Below are positions 58,779 to 64,000 of a stretch of DNA of 64,000 bases, piece after piece. The stretch comes from an uncultured Chloroflexia bacterium. Its GTDB lineage: Bacteria > Chloroflexota > Anaerolineae > CG2-30-64-16. The position numbers and the translations under genes are program-made. The stretch spans positions 32,001-96,000 of the forward strand of contig CAWEMM010000010.1 of assembly GCA_963810095.1 (NCBI GenBank), in the 5' to 3' direction. The notes beneath the pieces were generated by a model. That model made no database searches, had not been told where the DNA came from, and saw nothing but the letters and a program-made list of their open reading frames with translations. Position 1 is the stretch's first letter. The number at the start of each line of letters is the position of its first letter.

Positions 58779-61127
58779 CTAGACCTGCCGTGCGGCCACC
58801 GCCAGCTGTCCGAGGCTGACACACCCGTCGTTTGGCGGGGTCTGGCGGTGCAGCAATACCTCAAAGCCGGCCTCGGCGAGCGCCCCGCTCGCCCGCTCCG
58901 TAAGGAGGCGGTTCTGGAAACAGCCACCGCTGAGCACGACGCGCGGATGGCCCACTCCACGCGCAACATCCACGACGGCACGGACAAGACCGTTGTGAAA
59001 GCGGCCCGCGATGGTTGGGGCAGGCACGGCACGGCGCACATCTTCGATCACCGCCTGCACGACCGGCTCCCAGTCGAGCAGGATACCACGGGTGACGACC
59101 GGGCCGTCAGTGTAACTTTTGTTCCTCAGCTCAAACGCATAAGCCCCACGTTCGGATACGTCGGCGATGTACTCGAGGTGAATCGCGGCTTGCCCTTCGA
59201 AGGTCACCGTCTGTGAAAGACCGGCAAGGCTGGCGATGCCGTCGAACAGGCGGCCCATGCTCGTCGTGGCCGGGCTGTTGATACGCCGGGCCAGCATCTG
59301 CGCCAGGAGGCGCTGCTCGGCATCCCTAAAGTGACGAGCCGGCGGCACATCGAGAGCAAAGGCGCCTTCGCCGTAGATCTCGAACAGCAAGGCCAGCGCG
59401 ACTCGACCGGGTTCGTGCACGGCGGCGTCCCCGCCCGGCAAAGTAAACGGCCGCAGGTGGGCGACCCGCTCATACCCCGTCGCATCGCCCAGGAGAAACT
59501 CACCGCCCCAGATTGCACCGTCCGTGCCGTAGCCGGTGCCGTCCCAAACCACGCCCAGCGCGGGGCCGGTGACCTGGTTTTCGGCCAGGCACGCCGCGAG
59601 GTGCGCGTGGTGGTGCTGCACCCCGATCAGCGGAACGGCGAAGCGCTGCTGCTCGACGGCCCAGCGGGTGGACACGTACTCCGGATGGAGGTCGTGCGCA
59701 ATGGCCTGCGGCGTCACCTCGTACAGGCGCAGGAAGTCCGCGATAACGTGTTCGAATGCGGCGAGCGCTTCCGGGGTTTCGAGGTCTCCGATATGTTGGC
59801 TGATGAAGGCCTGGCGCCCGACACTCAGGCTGACCGTGTTCTTCAGGTGGGGCCCAACGGCCAGAATCGGCGGCGCTTCGTCCTTGAGCAAGACGGGCAG
59901 CGGCGCGTAGCCACGCGCCCGCCGCAGCAGCCTCGGGGCGCCGGCTACGACCCATGCGATGCTGTCGTCCGCATGGCGCTCGATGGGCCGGTCGTGAACC
60001 AGGAAGCCATCGACCATGTGCCCGAGCCGGTCCAACGCGCCGGCCTCGTCCGTGCAGATCGGCTCGTCGCTCAGGTTGCCGCTGGTCGCGACGACCGGGA
60101 AGCCCAACTCGGCCATGAGCAGATGGTGCAGCGGCGTGTAGGGCAGCATGACGCCCAGGGTTGGGTTGTCGGGTGCAACCAGCGGACTCACGCCGCCGGT
60201 CGCAGCGCGCCGCTCGAGCAGCACAATTGGCGCTTCGGGCGATGTGAGCAACGCCTCCGCTGCCGCGGGGACCTCGCAATGCGCCTGCACCCACGCCAGG
60301 TCGGGCGCCATGATTGCAAACGGCCGGTCGGGCCGCGGCTTGCGTTGGCGAAGCGCCGCCACTGCCGCGTCGTTCCGCGCGTCGCACATCAGGTGGAAGC
60401 CACCCAGACCCTTGACCGCCAGGGTGCGCCCTTCTCGCAGCGCACCGGCCGCCCGCGCCAGCGCGTCTGCACCGGCAACGGTTTGCGCCTTCGCGCCCTT
60501 GTTCTGCGCGTCTGCGCGCTCCAGATATCTGATCTGTGGCCCACACACGGGGCACGCGTTGGGCTGCGCATGGAAACGGCGGTCAAGCGGGTCTTCGTAC
60601 TCGTGCCGGCACGCGGGGCACATGATGAAGCGGCGCATGGTCGTGTTCGGCCGGTCGTAGGGCAGTGCCTGGATGATCGTAAAGCGCGGGCCGCAGTTGG
60701 TGCAGTTGGTGAAGGGATACCCGTGGCGCCGGTCAGCAGGATCGAAGATCTCGGCCAGGCAGTCGGGGCAAGTGGCAATGTCGGGCAGGATCAGGACGGT
60801 CTTGGCGCCCGTCTCCTCGCTGTGGCGGATTTCGAACCGCTCGTACCCCGCGGGGGCCAGCCATTCGTGGTTGAGCGACTGGACGATGGCGCGGGGCGGG
60901 ACCTCTTGCGGCAGGCGCGCCAGAAAGCGCTGTACGGTATCGCGTGCGCCTTCGACCTCGATGAACACGCCGGCTGCGTCGTTGATGACCCAGCCGCAGA
61001 GGCCGAGCTCGGTCGCCAGCCGGTACACGAACGGCCGAAAGCCGACCCCTTGCACCGCGCCGTGGATTTCGACGCCGAGCCTGGAGCGAGCGGATTCTGC
61101 GGAGCCTCCCGTTTGACTATGTGACAT
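58779..61127 (-). CDS. hypF: Carbamoyltransferase HypF
   Basis: Acylphosphatase GAVQGVGFRPF, zinc fingers CPDC/CTNC/CPAC/CPVC, KGLGGFHL, QHHHAH, DGTGYG and NDG. Confidence 0.95.
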   Translation of the reverse strand: MSHSQTGGSAESARSRLGVEIHGAVQGVGFRPFVYRLATELGLCGWVINDAAGVFIEVEGARDTVQRFLARLPQEVPPRAIVQSLNHEWLAPAGYERFEIRHSEETGAKTVLILPDIATCPDCLAEIFDPADRRHGYPFTNCTNCGPRFTIIQALPYDRPNTTMRRFIMCPACRHEYEDPLDRRFHAQPNACPVCGPQIRYLERADAQNKGAKAQTVAGADALARAAGALREGRTLAVKGLGGFHLMCDARNDAAVAALRQRKPRPDRPFAIMAPDLAWVQAHCEVPAAAEALLTSPEAPIVLLERRAATGGVSPLVAPDNPTLGVMLPYTPLHHLLMAELGFPVVATSGNLSDEPICTDEAGALDRLGHMVDGFLVHDRPIERHADDSIAWVVAGAPRLLRRARGYAPLPVLLKDEAPPILAVGPHLKNTVSLSVGRQAFISQHIGDLETPEALAAFEHVIADFLRLYEVTPQAIAHDLHPEYVSTRWAVEQQRFAVPLIGVQHHHAHLAACLAENQVTGPALGVVWDGTGYGTDGAIWGGEFLLGDATGYERVAHLRPFTLPGGDAAVHEPGRVALALLFEIYGEGAFALDVPPARHFRDAEQRLLAQMLARRINSPATTSMGRLFDGIASLAGLSQTVTFEGQAAIHLEYIADVSERGAYAFELRNKSYTDGPVVTRGILLDWEPVVQAVIEDVRRAVPAPTIAGRFHNGLVRAVVDVARGVGHPRVVLSGGCFQNRLLTERASGALAEAGFEVLLHRQTPPNDGCVSLGQLAVAARQV

Positions 61128-61267
61128 AATATACATTATAACTCAAACCGGGCTGACTGGCAAAGGGCAGTTGTTCAGTCGCAAGATGACCTCGCGCACG
61201 CGCGTCCACAGCGCGTCCGTTCCACTTTGCGACTAGAAATCCACCCGCGTGGCCGGACAACGCCGAA

Positions 61268-61370
61268 TGAAAATAGGACACTGATTGAACGGATTCGACT
61301 GATTATCAAGATCTTGGTCCCAACGGGCAGTGCAAATCAGTTCAATCAGATAAATCAGCGTCCTTTTTCA
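61268..61370. repeat. Inverted-repeat element, 'CTGATT' family, copy D
   Basis: tgaaaataggacactgattgaacggattcgactgatt...aatcagttcaatcagataaatcagcgtcctttttca. Confidence 0.88.
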
Positions 61371-61372
61371 GA

Positions 61373-62029
61373 TCAATTTTGGGCGTTCTCGCGACCCGTG
61401 AGCCAGCTCACCCATTCGTCGAGCCCCTCACCCGTGCGGCATGACACGAGGAACACGGGCGCGTCGGGGTTGGTCATCGAAACCCCGCGGCGGAAATACT
61501 CGAGGTCGAAGTCGAAGTACGCGGCCAGGTCGGCCTTGTTGAGCAGCACCGCGTCGCCGGCCGCAAACATGCCGGGGTACTTGTAGGGCTTGTCGTGGCC
61601 CTCGGGGACGCTCGCGACCACCACGGCCAGGGCCGCGCCCAGGTCGAACTCGGCCGGGCAGACGAGGTTGCCGACATTCTCGATGAACAGGACGTCGACC
61701 TCGGCCAGGGGCAAGTTCGGCAGCGCCGAGCGTATCATCGGGGCGTCCAGGTGGCAGTTGCCCCCGGTGTTGATCTGGACCGCCGGGATGCCTGCGGCCA
61801 GCACCTTTTCCGTGTCGATGCGGGATGCCAGGTCGCCTTCGATCACGGCCGGGCGCACCCCTTGCGGCAGGCGCTGCGCCGTGGACAGGATGACGCTGGT
61901 TTTGCCTGCCCCCGGCGACGCCATGATATTGACCGCCAGGATGTGGTGTTCCTGGAACGCATCGCGGTTCTCTGCGGCTACCTCGTCGTTTGCACTCAGA
62001 ATCCGTCGCCGAACGCTAATCTCCGCCAT
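61373..62029 (-). CDS. hypB: Nickel-insertion GTPase HypB
   Basis: SPGAGKT, CHLDA, ENVGNLVCPA, KPYKYP and NKAD. Confidence 0.95.
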   Translation of the reverse strand: MAEISVRRRILSANDEVAAENRDAFQEHHILAVNIMASPGAGKTSVILSTAQRLPQGVRPAVIEGDLASRIDTEKVLAAGIPAVQINTGGNCHLDAPMIRSALPNLPLAEVDVLFIENVGNLVCPAEFDLGAALAVVVASVPEGHDKPYKYPGMFAAGDAVLLNKADLAAYFDFDLEYFRRGVSMTNPDAPVFLVSCRTGEGLDEWVSWLTGRENAQN

Positions 62030-62366
62030 GATCGTTAACCTCAATGCTCTCAACCCGCAACTCGCGGCCACCGGTCACCTGCAGCTTCGTTCCGCCACAG
62101 TGCGGACAGGCCGCCGGCAGCGGGGCGCGCACCTCGGAACTGCGTCCGCAGTCCCAGCACATAATTGTGGCCGGCCGGCGCTGGAAATCAAGGCTGGCCC
62201 CTTCGGCCACGGTGCCCTTGCTCAGCATGTCGAAGTAGAACTGCACCGAGTCGTCGACGATGCTGCTGAGCTCGCCCACGACGAGATGGATGGTCGTGAT
62301 CGGCCGCCCCGCCGCTGCCTCGGTCGCGATCTTGAGGATGCCTTCGGTGATGGATAGTTCGTGCAT
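62016..62366 (-). CDS. hypA: Nickel metallochaperone HypA
   Basis: MHELSI, CWDC..CPHC and G.EL.V.SIEV. Confidence 0.95.
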   Translation of the reverse strand: MHELSITEGILKIATEAAAGRPITTIHLVVGELSSIVDDSVQFYFDMLSKGTVAEGASLDFQRRPATIMCWDCGRSSEVRAPLPAACPHCGGTKLQVTGGRELRVESIEVNDHGGD

Positions 62367-62384
62367 CAGGTCATTATAGCGCGC

Positions 62385-62415
62385 GAAACCAGGTTTCCGC
62401 CAGAAACCTGGTTTT
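62385..62415. repeat. 'GAAACCAGGTTTC' double palindrome (intergenic copy)
   Basis: gaaaccaggtttc-cgcca-gaaacctggtttt; near-identical to the copy at 51486. Confidence 0.8.
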
Positions 62416-62461
62416 CAGCGCTCTCGCTCGCCGCAGGCGACGCCGCCCGACTGCTGATAGG

Positions 62462-62905
62462 CTAGTGCCCGTAGCTGTTGCCGGTGATGAAACCCTCGAG
62501 GTCGCGAATGGCCGTCCGCTGCTCGGAGATGATCCACTTACCGATATCGCCAATGGTCACCATGCCGGCCACTTGCCCGGCTTCGAGCACCGGCAGGTGG
62601 CGCAGCTTGCGATGGGTCATCAGCTCCAGGCACTCCTCGACCGTCATCGTGGGATCGACCGTCACCACCGGCGAGCTCATCAACTCGAGCACCCGCGTCT
62701 CCTTGGAGTGCCGGCCCATCAGGATGCACTTCCACGCGTAGTCCCGCTCGGAGAACATCCCGACCAGCTTGCCCTCCTGGAGCACGGGCAGCGCGCCGAC
62801 GTTCTTTTCGGCCATCAGCTCCAGTGCCTGAAAGACGGTGGCATAGGGACCGATGGTCCACACGTCCGAGGGCTTGTACCGCATCAGATCGCGTACGTTG
62901 TTCAC
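62462..62905 (-). CDS. CBS-pair protein
   Basis: MAEKNVGALPV..SERDY..RHLPV..IGDI. Confidence 0.9.
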   Translation of the reverse strand: MNNVRDLMRYKPSDVWTIGPYATVFQALELMAEKNVGALPVLQEGKLVGMFSERDYAWKCILMGRHSKETRVLELMSSPVVTVDPTMTVEECLELMTHRKLRHLPVLEAGQVAGMVTIGDIGKWIISEQRTAIRDLEGFITGNSYGH

Positions 62906-62921
62906 TCGTCTGCCTCCTTGC

Positions 62922-63494
62922 TTAGCGCTGTGGACGTCCTGACTCCTCGCTCATTGCCTCCGGCCTCACTTCTTCGGTGCGGGGGGTGCCCTCGTAACCT
63001 CGGGCGCCGAGCTCCTGCTGCAGCTTTTCCACCAGGACGTCGATTTGTGCTGCCACCGAAGGAGAGGTTTCGAGTCCGATCTCGAACGACTCGGGCTGCA
63101 CGCCCCACAGTACGATGTCCGGGGGCTCGATGCCCTTAAGCTTCGCCGCAAACAGCATATCGGGCACCCCAACCTGGTGCGGCGAGATCTTCACCGACAG
63201 GAATGCGGGAACCGCTTCACCTTCCAGTCGAATCAGCGTGCCTGCCGGCTTCCCGGTTTCGACCGCATCGACGATCAAGAGAGTCTGGCAGCCCTCGAGG
63301 TAGTAGAGGAGATCCATGCCGAGAGTGCCCCCGTCGACGATCTGCACGGCCGGGGGCAGGACGTAGCGCTCTTGCAGCCGGCGGATCACGTGCACGCCCG
63401 CGCCCTCGTCAGACAGCAGCAGATTGCCGACCCCGAGGATCAAAACCGTCTGGCCCGCCGCGTCTCCGGCCGTCGAGGGCTGCTGGTCGCTCAT
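62922..63494 (-). CDS. HyaD/HybD-type hydrogenase maturation protease
   Basis: LGVGNLLLSDEGAG, DGGTLG, VDAV and SPHQ. Confidence 0.9.
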   Translation of the reverse strand: MSDQQPSTAGDAAGQTVLILGVGNLLLSDEGAGVHVIRRLQERYVLPPAVQIVDGGTLGMDLLYYLEGCQTLLIVDAVETGKPAGTLIRLEGEAVPAFLSVKISPHQVGVPDMLFAAKLKGIEPPDIVLWGVQPESFEIGLETSPSVAAQIDVLVEKLQQELGARGYEGTPRTEEVRPEAMSEESGRPQR

Positions 63495-63563
63495 CCATAA
63501 CTCCTTGCGCCGCAACTAGCGCGGTATGAGATTTGCACCGGGTGCCGGCCCAGGGCGTTTTGC

Positions 63564-64000
63564 TCAGCGTGCATACCCGTTGCCGCTGATGTACCCTTCC
63601 AGGTCGTGAATTGTCGAGCGCTGTTCGGAGATGACCCATTTGCCGATATCGCCGATGCTCACGATGCCGGTCAGGCGCTCTCCCTCGAGGACGGGCAGGT
63701 GCCGGAACTGGCGCTCGGTCATCATCACAAGGCATTGCTCGATGCTGAAGGTCGGGTCGATCGTGACCACGGGCGAACTCATGAGCTCGGAAACGAGCGT
63801 TTCTCTGGAGTGGCGGCCCATGAGGATGCACTTGCGTGCGTAATCGCGTTCCGAGAAGATGCCGATGAGACGGCCCGCTTCGACCACCGGGAGCGCGCCC
63901 ACGTTCTTTTCGGCCATTAGCTCCAGCGCCTCATAAACGCTGGCCTGCGGGCCGATCGTCCATACGTCGCCGGATTTGTAGCGCAGCAGATCTTTGATCT
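63564..64000 (-). CDS. CBS-pair protein (5' end just outside the window), close paralog of 62462
   Basis: IKDLLRYKSGDVWTIGP..MAEKNVGALPV..SERDYARKCILMGRHS. Confidence 0.9.
   Translation of the reverse strand, partial: IKDLLRYKSGDVWTIGPQASVYEALELMAEKNVGALPVVEAGRLIGIFSERDYARKCILMGRHSRETLVSELMSSPVVTIDPTFSIEQCLVMMTERQFRHLPVLEGERLTGIVSIGDIGKWVISEQRSTIHDLEGYISGNGYAR

Noticed and set aside
23560-61124. Long antisense ORFs (e.g. 23560-25425, 26146-28311, 49398-51557, 59331-61124)
   Set aside because: Expected shadows of high-GC3 genes; no motifs, and they fully overlap well-supported CDSs.

Overview
GC-rich bacterial DNA, most consistent with a Chloroflexota (Anaerolineae/Caldilineae-like) genome. 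This assignment is an inference from the C-terminal LFLPLLLR motif, gene content and repeat families. The left part (1-18 kb) carries a YprA/Hrq1-type helicase, transporters, a nurA-HAS barrel-herA-sbcD DNA-end-processing cluster, a membrane beta-propeller protein, a sensor kinase and an LCP protein. The rest (18-64 kb) is an H2/formate energy-metabolism island with four parts: (i) a DRTGG/CBS-kinase/PHP cassette followed by a hydC-E-D-B-A-like module whose HydB is fused to a GltD/NfnB-type NADP(H) flavoprotein and whose catalytic part is a [NiFe] HoxY/HoxH pair; (ii) a formate channel and a paralogous NuoE + NuoF-GltD module in front of a selenocysteine formate dehydrogenase (UGA + SECIS); (iii) hdrCBA-mvhDGA; (iv) hypABFCDE, three maturation proteases and duplicated CBS proteins. 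Non-coding highlights: a GxxExxY PD-(D/E)XK nuclease gene bracketed by a perfect 20-bp inverted repeat between mvhG and mvhA; about 10 'empty' inverted-repeat elements of similar architecture at gene junctions; short palindromes inserted in-frame in proteins; a four-promoter CRP/FNR-like regulon motif at an identical spacing; and a 15-bp-period operator array next to a MarR gene. At least 8 single-base frameshifts in conserved genes most likely reflect long-read consensus errors. No rRNA, tRNA or CRISPR array was seen.
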